Positions 1 to 12,046 of a DNA stretch of 64,000 nt are shown here, in pieces (position 1 is the first letter of the stretch; each line of letters begins with the position of its first letter). The stretch is from NCBI GenBank assembly GCA_964016885.1, contig OZ024742.1:338334001-338398000 (forward strand), in the 5' to 3' direction. Position numbers and translations under genes: made by a program. This DNA comes from Eledone cirrhosa. Lineage: Eukaryota. The notes beneath the pieces are model-generated. The model saw nothing but the letters and a program-made list of their open reading frames with translations, was not told the DNA's origin and made no database searches.

Positions 1-54
1 GAAAGATTATATTAGAAGTAAATGATTCAATATGTCTTGCCATTAAGACTTGAT

Positions 55-1181
55 AATTTGTCCAAGGTGGTTCAACTAGTCATGTTCCGAATAATCAACT
101 GAGCGATGCTGCAAATGTATGTTTGCAGTTTCCTCATGTGATTCTTTCGCCACTAAAGAGTACACAGCAGTCTGTATAAGTTGGAGGTTGGCATAAGAAT
201 GGGCAATCTCACCTACACTGTGTTGGCAATGGAGGTCATCCTGAAGGTAGCAATGTGTTGGTCAGGTACAGCAGTGCTTGGAGAGGGATTTCGAATGGAT
301 CCTCTAAAAGCCTTCATGGACGACACTACAGTCCTTGCCACAAAGGAAGATGAAACACGTAGGGTATTGGAACAGTTGACTAAGGTAGTTGAATCTTCCA
401 GAATGAGGTTGAAACAAAAAAAATCCCTTACAATCAAAGAAATAATGAGAAGCACTCAGGCCAATAGGCAAGGACTGGCTGTATAAAAATGGAATGGTCG
501 TTAAAGGTCAGTGGACAGATGAGGAGAGGTCTAATTAGAGAATTCCAGACGCCAGTACAGCAGAGCCAACAGGGTCTGGATGGTTTGTGGCATAAGGCAG
601 AATCAGAATCATTTTGAACATGAATTTAGTGAAGTGGGGTTAATCAGATAGACCCGAGTACACACTCTGCCAGGGTAGACAGACGGTGGAACACATTCTG
701 AGCTCATGCAGAGTAGTACTAGCCCAAGGTAGATGCATGTGGAGATACAATTAAGTAGTTAAGGAAATCGTACATGTCATAAGTACAACAAAAACAAAAC
801 CCATTGTACGAGAATCTCCAACATCATTCTATATGGCAGGAGGCAGCAAATGAAGGCTAGGAACAGCTATGCCATACAGGGTACAAGAATCAAGTTTTCT
901 GAATTGTACGTATGACTGGCTGGATGTGTACATCAGGCCTCCTAGGGTCAGCAAAGCAAACAGAAATCATCAGAAAGAATGGTTTGAGGCCGGATATCAT
1001 ATTCCATTCAAATTCATCAAAACAGCTGATTTTGATTGAACTGACCATGTCATTTAAAAGTAGAATAGAAGAAGCACATATGTTCAAGACCGAAGGATAC
1101 CCCAGTTTGGTCAACAGACTGAGAAATGCCTACTTCCGAGTCAGGATGAGGTGGATCAAAAGTGGCCTCCATCCCGTTTGA
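55..1181 (+). mobile_element. Degenerate RLE-type (R2-group, HERO/NeSL-like) non-LTR retrotransposon remnant, copy A
   Basis: RT motif KAFMDDTT, a CCHC-knuckle-like stretch (xTLCQGRQTVEHILSSC) and the RLE motif LRPDIIF...LILIELT...IEEAH. Broken by stops and deletions. Confidence 0.8.
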
Positions 1182-1769
1182 GGGCACAGTGTTTGTATTT
1201 TACACAGACTAGGTGAAATAACTGAGTGCGTCTGTCTTGTAGCGGTGGTGGTGATATAGTTGACACTCCGCCACCATGAATACGTTCAAGATCAAGAAAA
1301 CGTTTAAATATAAATTTGAAATCAGAGACAACGGAGAGGAGAACCAGCTAGATCCTGTTAAGAAAATCACAATGCTGTTTAAATACACAGAATGGCTAAA
1401 TGCCAACAGAAGAGCACCCAGAAGCCATGATGCGCTCTGGCCCTTGTAGAGCGTAAGAAGTTAAGGGCAGAAGCTCATGCTTGTGGGGTCTGTGAAGCAC
1501 AGCTCTCCTAAGAGTTTCTTACCACCACCCAGACCCTTCGCCCGACCGCCATTTACATAATTCTCTGCCTTACATCTTCACATGTCTGACTCGTTTCTGG
1601 GTACACCAAACTATCCTTTTCTCCCACTACATTATGCAATTACCCTTTTTCTCTCTCTCTCACTTTTCCACCCTTACATTTCATACACGATTCTCCTTTC
1701 TTATTACTTCACACTTTCCTCCTTTCTCTTTTTTCTCCCTCACCTTATTTACTGCGGAATTATATGTTT

Positions 1770-1977
1770 ATTTACTTCCGCCCGCCATTACATTTCCTTA
1801 ATTCTCAGGCAAAATATTTTGGTCTGAAATTTTACATCTTTTCACTTCTCACCTTTCTGATATAAAGTATCTTTATCTGAAATATATTATCTGTCCCACA
1901 CGGAACATATGAGATTAACAATAGAGAAATATTTGAATTGAAAAACTATCGGAGGAACATACGAAGAAGAGGTAAGT
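1770..1977 (+). promoter_or_regulatory. Candidate distal promoter and non-coding first exon, unit A
   Basis: ETS-like ACTTCCG (1774-1780) abuts YY1-like CCGCCATT. A consensus donor GAG|GTAAGT lies at 1972. The block is conserved in units B, C and E. No transcript evidence. Confidence 0.45.
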
Positions 1978-2989
1978 AATTTTGAAAGAATTTATTTGTG
2001 AAATTTTATTAATAAACGTGAATTGTTGGTGATATTCTGTGTAACTTACAACAAATAAATATATATGAATAAATAATCTACAAACGATCAACGTGAGAAC
2101 ATCTGTTTAATTAACAAAATTACATTTGTTCCACCTCGACTCTATTTTATCAACATTGGCCGCCAATTATGTTATCAAACCAACTCCTTTCTCTTCCCAA
2201 TTGTCCTATATATAGGATATTATATTCTCTTCCAAATTATCGTAGATATATGATATTATGTTTAGTATCGTCCTAATTATCTTAGATATACGATATGATA
2301 TAAATATCAGACATTTGATGGTTAAATTTGTAGAATGGGCAAAGAAAACTCCGGAAGAGGGACAGATCCGAGGGATAAATGCCTCCTCCCCTCGGAATAC
2401 GAGGGGGGTTAAGTTAACCCTCGGATCTGTCCTTAGCAGCTTATTTGCAGGTAAGACACGCCCTCTCCCAGCCCCAACAAGAACACGGGGATTGAAATGG
2501 TAAAGAAAAACTACGTAATGGTAATAAATTCGAAGACCCCTTTCCGCCCTCCATTTTCCAGGGAAAAAAGTCTTCATGACAACATTAGGGAGGTAAGTTC
2601 AATTGATAGAGCACGAAGGAAAAACAAATTATCTCCTACTGAAAACGGTGGGGATATCTTAATATAGATCTACCCTATATCATTCTAAAATAACAGGAAT
2701 TATCGGCAAACTATTTTTTTAGCCTGTCACATTCTAATTTAATTTGGTGAGCTAGACCTCTGACTACGAGGTTCTTGTCACTGTTAGTTTCTCACCTTAT
2801 TTAATGTATTAAGTGATGTTCACGTGGTTGCCCGGTTATTCTAGCGGTAATACTCCTGTTTTGTTGACTTGCCTGAAAAGTTATTAGAGGGAAAATTCCA
2901 GTCCCTTTTGTGCTGTGTGATTGAGTGCCCTAACCACCCGCCCCTTTATATATTTATACATAAGAATTTGACACGGTTCAGTTTATGCA

Positions 2990-4021
2990 AACAAAGGAAG
3001 CTGATTCCAGAGAGCTGGAACTGGTGCATAGCCCCACAACCCTGACACCGATCACCGCAGCTCCTTGCACTAGTATTTGGTACTCTCCATCACTGACAGT
3101 CCTGTGCCAGCCCTTCATTCTCCAAATGAAGTCGAGCTTCTGGAGATCTTCCTTAATCACATCTAGCCATTTTGTGCAGGCCTCTTCCAACCCTCAGCTG
3201 CTGCATTAAACGGGAGTAAGGCACTTCTAATATGATCTGGCAGAAGGCAGACGACATGTGTACCAACGCATGCAGCAGATGTCTCTGAGAGAGGGGGGTT
3301 GCAGGCTGATATGTGTGTGTGCATGCAACTGTTGATCCTTTTTGTGAGGGGCTACGTTTCTGTTCCATAGTGAACAGACCGAAGCATTGTAGATATGGAG
3401 CTTCGTCTTCCAGAACATAGAGCAGTGGTATGAGGCTTCTGTAGGGAATGCATAAACCCGATGGCTAGATCACATCTGCATATGGGGTCAGGTCTCCAAT
3501 GTTGGTGATTGTGGAGTCCAGGTAAATGTAGGAGCTGATGAACTCCACAATGCTGGGGCCAGTATGAAGCAGGGGAGGGTGTGGTTCTTCGTCCAGTTCA
3601 CCTGAAGGCCAAACTTTGCCAATTTCTTCCTGAACCGCTTGATCGAGTTGGTGAAAGCAATGCCAGAAACTTGTTCACAGACCTTGGTCATAAGATAGTC
3701 GATCTCACCGTTGAAGAGATTAGGGGCAAACATGCCCTTTCTGAAACTGCTGTTGACGGGGACCCAGATGGAGTCCTTCCCGTTCATCCACATGCAACTC
3801 TTGGCACTGCTATAGAACCATTGGAGCAGGGTGGTGTGCCGATGAGGCTGAGAATTTTCAATAGGGATGCGTGGTCGTCCATGTCAAAAACTGCGTTATG
3901 TCAGCGAAAGAAACATATAGGCACTGATGTTTGCGGAATTCTCAAAGTCTATTAATAATGAAACGGAAGATTGAAATGTGGGTGGTGGTAGATCAATTTC
4001 ACATGAATCTGGCTTGTTGTA
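2990..4021 (-). mobile_element. Old RTE-clade LINE RT remnant, copy A
   Basis: Fragmented RT-like peptides (VPVNSSFRKGMFAPNLFN, LAKFGLQVNW, TKLHIYNASV). Homologous to the copies at 16240, 36200 and 62805. Confidence 0.7.
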
Positions 4022-4518
4022 CTCAACTTTTTCTTCTCCTAGGCCCCGCATTAGTGAAAAACTGTGTTTTTAAAGATTTTTAGGGCTTTTCTGAGGCGTT
4101 ACGTCAGACCGATTCCCTTGAAATTGTAACTATGTATTAGTCAGTCTCTTCTTCATACCGTAAGCAAAGAAAATCCAACTTTCTTATGGCCTAGGGTCCG
4201 CATTAGGGGAACAACTTCATTTTTTTCAGCTTTTTAAGGCTTTTTTGAGGCATTAAATCTAGCCGATTCTCCCCAAATTTCAAGGCATATTATGCACATA
4301 AAAAAAATACATTTTCTGGATCCCCCAGGGCCCGCATTAGGTGAAAACCTGTATTTTTCCTGCTTCATTGAGGAAAATCTTAAAGATTATCCCGCCATCA
4401 GAGTATTCGGTTTATTTTCTTTACATATTGTCCAGGTATGCAGTTTTTCCACGATTAGGTCTTGGTGGCCCACGTTCCAAAATACCTTATCCAGTGCAAC
4501 GCAGGGTACCACTGCTAG
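4022..4518 (+). mobile_element. Helitron 3' fragment (non-autonomous)
   Basis: Ends ccagtgcaacgcagggtaccactgCTAG followed by T (degenerate subterminal hairpin plus CTAG). Paralogous empty sites read gactta|ttatgtat, an A^T target. Three internal ~150-bp-spaced repeats containing ccgcattag. Confidence 0.75.
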
Positions 4519-4599
4519 TTATGTATATATTACCATGACTGTAGTCAAGACACTTTTCTCTAATGACTTATAATGTGTCAACAGTGAAAATATCCCTAA

Positions 4600-4628
4600 T
4601 ATTTTATTCTCTCTTTATATATTTCAGA
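4600..4628 (+). promoter_or_regulatory. Splice acceptor of the ZNF coding exon (also AG at 28181-2, 41557-8, 54931-2)
   Basis: ctaat branch-like motif, pyrimidine tract and tttcAG (4626-4627), 141 nt upstream of the ATG. The acceptor is conserved in all four copies. Confidence 0.7.
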
Positions 4629-4768
4629 TTATCTGAAACTGTTTCTTTACAACTGAAACATCTTCAGACTTTCACAAAGATAACAGTTGAAGAAAATATA
4701 GTCTTGAAAATATTTTGTGAAAAATTCAAGAAGAAAAGTAATTTTCTGTTTTGTAAAGAATATTTGAA

Positions 4769-6550
4769 ATGATGGAGAAAAAAGCATACCATTGTGTTAC
4801 CTGTGGTCAATCTTTCCATTCTAATTCTTCTTTACGAAGCCATAAACATATTCACAATGGTAGAAGACAATTCCGTTGTGATATCTGTGGTAAAATATGC
4901 CCTAGTAATTCTTCTTTAACTATACACAAACGTAGTCACACTGGAGAAAAACCATGCCAGTGTGAATTCTGTGAGAAAACCTTCTATGATAATTCTTCTT
5001 TAACTAAACACAAACATATTCACACTGGAGAAAAACCATACCATTGTGAAATCTGTGGTAAAGCTTTCTCTCAGAGAATTAATTTATTAACTCATTCTCG
5101 TAGTCACACAGGAGAAAAACCATACCACTGTGATATCTGTGGTAAAACATTTTCAAAAAAATATTATATAACTACACACAAACGTATTCATACAGGAGAG
5201 AAACCATACCATTGTGATATTTGTGGTAAAACATTTTCTACAAAGCATCAAATAATTGGACACAAGTATACCCACACAGGAGAACAACCATTTGAATGTG
5301 ATATCTGTGGTAAAACATTTTCCAGTAAGAACACTTTAACGTACCATAAACATATTCATACAGGAGAAAAACCATACAAATGTGAGACATGTGGTAAGAG
5401 TTTTGCACTGAGTCAGTATTTATCTAACCACAAACTTATACATACAGGAGTGAAGCCATACCACTGTGATATTTGTGGTAAGACATTCCGTCTAAATAGA
5501 CAGTTATTACTACACAAACGTATCCACACAGGCGAGAAGCCACACCACTGTGATATCTGTGGTAAAGCCTTCAGTTTTTCTGGTCATTTAACAATACACA
5601 AACGTACTCACACTGGAGAGAAACCATTTCGTTGTGATATCTGTGGTAAGTCAGCCACAACTAGTTCTGATTTAGCCAAACACAAACTTGTTCATACTGG
5701 AGATAAACTATATCCTTGTGATATCTGTGGTAACAACTTTTCTACTAATGGTAGTTTAACCGCACACAAACGTATTCACACAGGTGAGAAGCCATACCAT
5801 TGTGATATCTGTGGTAAAACATTCACTCACTTGAGTTCTGTTTCATCTCATAAACGTGTTCATACTGGACAAAGACAATATCCTTGTAATATCTGTGGTA
5901 AAATATTAACAACTGGTAATTCTTTGTCTATCCACCAAAATATTCACACAGGAGAGAAGCCACACCAATGCGATATCTGTGGTAAAGCATTTTCTCAAAA
6001 TAGTAATTTATTGAGGCATAAACGTCTTCACACAGGATTAAAACCACATCACTGTGATATCTGTAGTAAGACCTTCTCTGATAGTGGTTCCTTGAAAATA
6101 CACACCCGTTCTCACACAGGAGAGAAGCCATGCCGGTGTGATATCTGTGGTAAATCATTCTCTCGAAACAGTCATTTGTTGAACCATAAACGTATTCACA
6201 CAGGAGAGAAACCATATCACTGTGATATCTGTGGTAAGTCATTCTCAACTATTGGTTCTTTAGCCCAACACAAAACTATTCATAGTGGAGATAAACCATA
6301 CCCTTGTGATATCTGTGGTAAATATTATTCTACTAATATTATTTTAACTAGACACAAACTTATTCACACGGGAGAGAAGCCATATCATTGTGTTATATGT
6401 GGTAAAACGTTCTGTGACCCGAGTTCTCTTTCATCTCATAAACATATTCATACTGGACATACTAGAGAAAAACATCATTGTAATATCTGTGGTAAAACAT
6501 TCACAGCTAGTCATACTTTATCTAAACACCAAACTATTCACACAGGATAG
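4769..6550 (+). CDS. C2H2 zinc-finger protein ZNF1, 21 tandem fingers, no effector domain
   Basis: 593-aa ORF of CxxC-x12-HxxxH repeats with TGEKP linkers. In-frame TAA 15 nt upstream of the ATG. Ends at a TAG replacing the linker Glu codon. Confidence 0.93.
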   Translation: MMEKKAYHCVTCGQSFHSNSSLRSHKHIHNGRRQFRCDICGKICPSNSSLTIHKRSHTGEKPCQCEFCEKTFYDNSSLTKHKHIHTGEKPYHCEICGKAFSQRINLLTHSRSHTGEKPYHCDICGKTFSKKYYITTHKRIHTGEKPYHCDICGKTFSTKHQIIGHKYTHTGEQPFECDICGKTFSSKNTLTYHKHIHTGEKPYKCETCGKSFALSQYLSNHKLIHTGVKPYHCDICGKTFRLNRQLLLHKRIHTGEKPHHCDICGKAFSFSGHLTIHKRTHTGEKPFRCDICGKSATTSSDLAKHKLVHTGDKLYPCDICGNNFSTNGSLTAHKRIHTGEKPYHCDICGKTFTHLSSVSSHKRVHTGQRQYPCNICGKILTTGNSLSIHQNIHTGEKPHQCDICGKAFSQNSNLLRHKRLHTGLKPHHCDICSKTFSDSGSLKIHTRSHTGEKPCRCDICGKSFSRNSHLLNHKRIHTGEKPYHCDICGKSFSTIGSLAQHKTIHSGDKPYPCDICGKYYSTNIILTRHKLIHTGEKPYHCVICGKTFCDPSSLSSHKHIHTGHTREKHHCNICGKTFTASHTLSKHQTIHTG

Positions 6551-7003
6551 AAGCCACACCAATGTGATATCTGTGGTAAAGCATTTTCTCGAAACAGTAG
6601 TTTGTGGACACATAAGCGTCTTCACACAGGAAAGAAACCGTACTATTGTGACTTCTGTCGTAAGACCTTTTCTTGTAGTAGCGCTTTGATACAACTCATC
6701 CGTTCTTACACAGGAGAGAAACCATATCAGTATGATATCTGTGGTAAATCATTCTCTCAAAGTAGTGATTTATTGAACCATAAACGTATTCACACAGGAG
6801 AGAAACCATACCCTTGTGATATCAGTGATAAAACATTCACTCACCTGAGTAATCTTTCATCTCAGAAACATATTCATGCTGGACACACTGAAGGAAGACG
6901 ATATCATTGTAATATCTGTGACAAATCATTCTCTCAAAATCGTCATTTATTAAACCATAAACGTATTCACAAATGTAATAAATCTAAAAAGACACTGAAC
7001 TGA
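6551..7003 (+). pseudogene. Decaying in-frame tail of ZNF1 (5 finger units)
   Basis: Same frame as ZNF1 and open to KKTLN*. Zn ligands are lost (QLIRSY, YQYDIC, CDISDK, SSQKHIH) and one finger is missing relative to ZNF2. Confidence 0.85.
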
Positions 7004-7007
7004 GAGG

Positions 7008-7388
7008 AATAAAGTGAACACACTCCAAACTCTGTCACAGACATGTTTTCACTTCTCTCTGCTTTTTCTACCACAACTCCAGTGGCCTCTGTTCCTCATA
7101 GGTGGCTACTTTTGTAACAACTCTACTGAAGTTCTAACGTACTTAAGTCACATGTCACTTCCGATATTGCCTGCCAATACTAACTACTTACAGTGTATAA
7201 TCAACATCATTTTCCATTGACTGTTCTATGCTGGCATGGTTTGGATGGGACTTTTTGAGGCAATGTTTTACAGCTACCAATTTTTGAGTCACTTCCTATG
7301 GCATGCGGGTATATGGTCTACATATTCTAAACCGGATACACTAATTTTGTCACTGTTGTGTAATGTTTTTTTAATTATTTTGAATAAA
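7008..7388 (+). terminator. Candidate polyadenylation signals of the ZNF gene
   Basis: AATAAA at 7008-7013 (AATAAC in ZNF2) and at 7383-7388. The second is retained in all four units (about 31024, 44222, 58098). Confidence 0.4.
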
Positions 7389-9140
7389 AACCACCTGATC
7401 GCCTATAGATCCAGGGAGCATTCTAGTCAGATAGATTTTATCCTTATCAGAGGACGTGATAAATGAATGGTTGTAAAGACGAAAGCCTTCCTCGGTGAGG
7501 AATGTGCTTCCCAACAGAATTTAGTAGTCAACGACCTCATTGTCAGAGCTAGACAAATTTGGAAACAGAAGACAACATGGAGAAGAAAGGTCTGGAAGCT
7601 GAAAGAGCCATAACCACGTGTATTGTAAATGAAGAAATACTAGATGGTGTCGTACTGAATGATAGGTGCAGCAGCATCATTGTCAACTGCTACAAGTGTA
7701 AAGGAGACGTACTAGATAGAGGCATCAAGGTAATGAACCAGATCTTGAAAGTAATAGAGAGAGTTATTGCACAACTGATTAGGGACCGGGTAAATCTAGA
7801 CGAGATGCAATTCAGATTTGTACAGGCAAAAGCATCACAGATGCTCTCTGCTTTGTGAGACAGTTACAGGAAAAGTAACAAGCTAAAAGTAAGCCGCTCT
7901 ACCTGGCATTTGTCGACCTGGAAAAAGTATTCGACAGAGTGACCTGTGCCGTATTCTGGTGGGCCCTTAGAAAACTAGGAGTAGATGAGTTGCTTGTGAA
8001 AGCAGTACAAGCCATGTATAGGAGAGCAGTTAGCAAAGTTAGGATTAACACTGAATTTAGTGAGAAATTTAGCGTACAGGATGGCGTCCATCAGAGCTGT
8101 GTTCTTAGACCTTTCCTGTTTATCATACTACAGGCTGTAACAGGAGAGTAGTGACCTACATTCCACGGGCTCACATACACTCTCTGTGCGTGATTTGGCT
8201 CAGTTCAGCCAATCAGCGCCAGTAGAAGAGGATGTATCCCTACGCGCCCTGAGGAAGAAATTCCCCGCGAAGATTTGAAGAATCTCGCTCTTGTACCAGA
8301 AACTTCAAGCCAGCAACACGCATAATGTAGCAGTGAGATATTGCACCCCTAGCCTCGCCGGCTTAACGGCGCAATGGCACATTCCCTTTTGTAACCTCTT
8401 TTTATCTGTAACTTCAACCATATAAATAAACAAACATTTCATCTCTAATTACTGCGGTTGAAGTTGTTATTATGTTACTCGTGTCTCAATAACATCTTTA
8501 ATCCATGCTGCCGGAATTGGCGACCTGACGAAAGGAATATTGTAAATAGATGGTAAATAGATCGAGGGACCTTCCCTCACGTCTATGTCAACAAGATAAT
8601 CCAACGAGGATACTATCACTTACCACACTGGCAACTAACGACCACTGATTCTACCACCCTGCTAAAGTGGCGATAACATCTATAACCAATAACTGCTAAA
8701 GGAGTTTAAGACAGGCAGCCCATGGGAACTCCTGTATGTGGATGATCTTACAGACATAGTAGAATCTATAGTGGAACTAGAGAAGAAATTCGAAACATGG
8801 AAGCAGTGCCTTGAAAGAAGGGATCTTAAAGTCTACTTGACAAAGACTAAGGTCCTAGTAAGTAGAAGAGAAAACAGATCAGTGATCTCGTCAGGGAAAT
8901 GGCCTTGCTTTATATGTAGGTACGGATTCCATCTGTCCCAAATGCAAACTGGGTATACGAGAGATGTAGTGGGATCTGAAGAAGTTTAGCTAAGAATGTA
9001 GGCTTTACATGTAGCAGTTGCACTGGGTCAATGAGCAGCAAAAGACCATAGGAAACAAACGTTATCAAATTCTGGGAAGGCTCAGAAGTAACAGTAGACA
9101 GCTTCTGCTACCTGGGTGACCAAATTAGCAGTGGAGGTGT
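7388..9140 (+). mobile_element. Older, internally deleted RTE LINE remnant downstream of ZNF1
   Basis: NHLIAYRS..QIDFIL, NCYKCKGDVLDRG, LYLAFVDLEK, PWELLYVDDL and FCYLGDQIS motifs, with stops and frameshifts. Confidence 0.9.
8147..8699 (+). mobile_element. Probable LTR-retrotransposon fragment (LTR + PBS + leader), specific to unit A
   Basis: Absent at the paralogous site 31785 (aacaggagtttaag). Flanked by aggag (8142-6, 8700-4). Contains CCAAT, AATAAA and PBS-like TGGCGACC at 8518. Confidence 0.55.
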
Positions 9141-9267
9141 ATTTTCACTCAGTGGTAATTATTCAAGTAAAATGTCCATTTATCATTTGTGATTGAATAG
9201 TGTGTTATTGGCTACCAAGATAATACAGATTATGGTTGCCTACCAATTTGAAATAATACACAGAAAT

Positions 9268-9545
9268 GAACCAGGTCTTGAAAGTAATAGAGAGAGTTGT
9301 TGCATAACTGATTAGGGACCGGGTAAATCTAGACGAGATGCAATTTGGATTTGTACAGGCAAAAGCATCGCAGATGCTCTCTGCTTTGTGAGACAGTTAC
9401 AGGATAAGTACCAAGCTAAAAGTAACCCGCTCTACCTGGCATTTGTCGACCTTATTCAAGTAAAATGTCCATTGATCGTTTGTGATTGAATAGTGTGTTA
9501 TTGGCTACCAAGATAATACAGATTATGGATGCCTACCAACTGGAA
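9268..9545 (+). repeat. Local rearranged duplication (RTE piece plus flank), shared by units A and B
   Basis: Repeats about 7735-7918 and then about 9158-9265. The same structure occurs at 32362-32650 and is absent from units C and D. Confidence 0.8.
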
Positions 9546-10913
9546 ATAATACACAGAAATGTATTGATGTCAAGTGAGATCTGATGGGCAAATACATTTA
9601 ATGGATGGCTTCTTGACGAAAAAGTCGTTATAGCTGATGAATGGTAAATCATTAAATGGTGATTTTTGAATATCAAGCCAAATTTGCAAACTACAATTTC
9701 TAAAACATACTAAAATATCCAAATATGGTCCATGTAGTGGATAGATGTATTCTTTTCAGGATGAAAATTCACTTATTGGTACATTGAATATTAAGTAATA
9801 AAATTGTGACATCAATTATCACTACATTATTTTCTTACTAACTACTTCGAGCTAGCGTGTATGCATGTATCAATAAAACGATACAATAGAAGTGAAATGA
9901 CAGGAAGCCGAAAGGATAGATAAATTGTAGTAGTGAAATATATAATGAAACCTACTATGTGTGTGTGTTTGTTTATCCTTAGTTTACGTTGCTCCTGTAG
10001 TTGGTCAATCTGCTGAGCTGGTATGAAATGTGAGAGCCTGTAAGGCTAGGAGAGAGAAAGAGTAAAAGGTCTGTAGATAGTGAATGGCTACATTGTTAAC
10101 CTCTCACAGACTGCTACTTCAGAGTCTCTCTGGTGGACACTAAGTACTTGTATTTATAATAACCCTATAGCTAGAAGGATGTGTATATGAGTAGCCATGT
10201 GTGTTTCATCTGTCAAGAACCTGGGGTCACAGGTCAAGTGGCATATAAGTTTATCATATGTTTATCTCTTCACAGGACAATGGTGGGAACTCCCAACAAT
10301 AGGTGGTTTTAGAGGTGAGAACCCTCAGATTCGGTTCCGAATCTTTGCCAGGTAAAATATGGGAGTATTCCGTTACAGTCAAAATATACAGAAAAGTCAA
10401 ATTGTACCAACTTTGGCAGCACTGCTTGACAGGCAACAGTTGCAGCCGTAGGTCAATTCTAATCCAGTAGTTTTATAACAAACATAATCAGTTGAATGAC
10501 TACATTTGTTCCTCCTATACAGTGACTCTATTTAGTCTGTGATGCAGCATAGCAGTCTGGGCATGTACTTTTATCACTGTCCAGTATATTTCCTCTGCAG
10601 TTAACTATTTATGTTGTACTCCCTATGAGACTAGAGATGCTGTCTTACATGACTGAGTTTGCTGTCTTTTGTAAATAGATCATGGCAACATAAAGGAAAA
10701 AGACAGTTTCATTATTTGAATACTTTTCTTATTGAAATGTAGAATATAAAATTAAGAGAAAAATACTTCAATTACTGAAAATGAAACTTAAACTTCAGAA
10801 TAATCAATAGAGTTAAAGTGTATTTGGGGGGAGATGAAGGAAGATGTAGAGAAATAGTTGAAAGATTATATTAGAAGTAAATGATTCAATATGTCTTGCC
10901 ATTAAGACTTGAT

Positions 10914-12040
10914 AATTTGTCCAAGGTGGTTCAACTAGTCATGTTCCGAATAATCAACTGAGCGATGCTGCAAATGTATGTTTGCAGTTTCCTCATGTGA
11001 TTCTTTCGCCACTAAAGAGTACACAGCAGTCTGTATAAGTTGGAGGTTGGCATAAGAATGGGCAATCTCACCTACACTCTGTTGGCAATGGAGGTCATCC
11101 TGAAGGTAGCAATGTGTTGGTCAGGTACAACAGTGCTTGGAGAGGGATTTCGAATGGATCCTCTAAAAGCCTTCATGGACGACACTACAGTCCTTGCCAC
11201 AAAGGAAGATGAAACACGTAGGGTATTGGAACAGTTGACTAAGGTAGTTGAATCTTCCAGAATGAGGTTGAAACAAAAAAAATCCCTTACAATCAAAGAA
11301 ATAATGAGAAGCACTCAGGCCAATAGGCAAGGACTGGCTGTATAAAAATGGAATGGTCGTTAAAGGTCAGTGGACAGATGAGGAGAGGTCTAATTAGAGA
11401 ATTCCAGACGGCAGTACAGCAGAGCCAACAGGGTCTGGATGGTTTGTGGCATAAGGCAGAATCAGAATCATTTTGAACATGAATTTAGTGAAGTGGGGTT
11501 AATCAGATAGACCCGAGTACACACTCTGCCAGGGTAGACAGACGGTGGAACACATTCTGAGCTCATGCAGAGTAGCACTAGCCCAAGGTAGATGCATGTG
11601 GAGACACAATTAAGTAGTTAAGGAAATCGTACATGTCATAAGTACAACAAAAACAAAACCCATCGTACGAGAATCTCCAACATCATTCTATATGGCAGGA
11701 GGCAGCAAATGAAGGCTAGGAACAGCTATGCCATACAGGGTACAAGAATCAAGTTTTCTGAATTGTACGTATGACTGGCTGGATGTGTACATCAGGCCTC
11801 CTAGGGTCAGCAAAGCAAACAGAAATCATCAGAAAGAATGGTTTGAGGCTGGATATCATATTCCATTTAAATTCATCAAATTAGCTGATTTTGATTGAAC
11901 TGACCATGTCATTTAAAAGTAGAATAGAAGAAGCACATATGTTCAAGACCGAAGGATACGCCAGTTTGGTCAACAGACTGAGAAATGCAGACTTCCGAGT
12001 CAGGATGAGGTGGATCAAAAGCGGCCTCTATCCCGTTTGA
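10914..12040 (+). mobile_element. HERO-like RLE LINE remnant, copy B
   Basis: Near-identical to 55-1181, including the same deletions. Confidence 0.8.
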
Positions 12041-12046
12041 GGGCAC

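Larger units (their letters stand above)
1..10859 (+). repeat. Segmental-duplication unit A of a tandem ZNF array
   Basis: Position 1 (gaaagattatattagaagta) recurs at 10860 and 59895. ORF 181..486 recurs at 11040 (offset 10859) and 33569. Confidence 0.95.

Noticed and set aside
1582-1827. Hydrophobic ~81-aa ORF repeated in four units
   Set aside because: CT-rich low-complexity sequence whose frame differs among copies through indels.
2205-2632. Block absent from unit E as an independent MITE
   Set aside because: No clear TIR or TSD. The edges show aatt(g/a)tc microhomology, consistent with a deletion in unit E.
4563-4772. Conserved 69-aa ORF overlapping the ZNF start (also 28118, 41494)
   Set aside because: It spans the predicted splice acceptor and is frameshifted in unit D. 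Its conservation is explained by recent duplication.
6548-6550. Pyrrolysine or genetic-code reassignment of TAG
   Set aside because: Animal nuclear context. The tails accumulate damage after the stop in all three copies.
5928-6689. Antisense and alternate-frame ORFs over ZNF exons (also 29357-30409, 42985-44132, 56278-57467)
   Set aside because: Shadow frames of repetitive finger codons.
4769-7003. 84-bp periodic repeats with variable cores resembling a CRISPR or diversity cassette array
   Set aside because: The periodicity is the 28-codon C2H2 finger. There are no cas genes and the context is eukaryotic.
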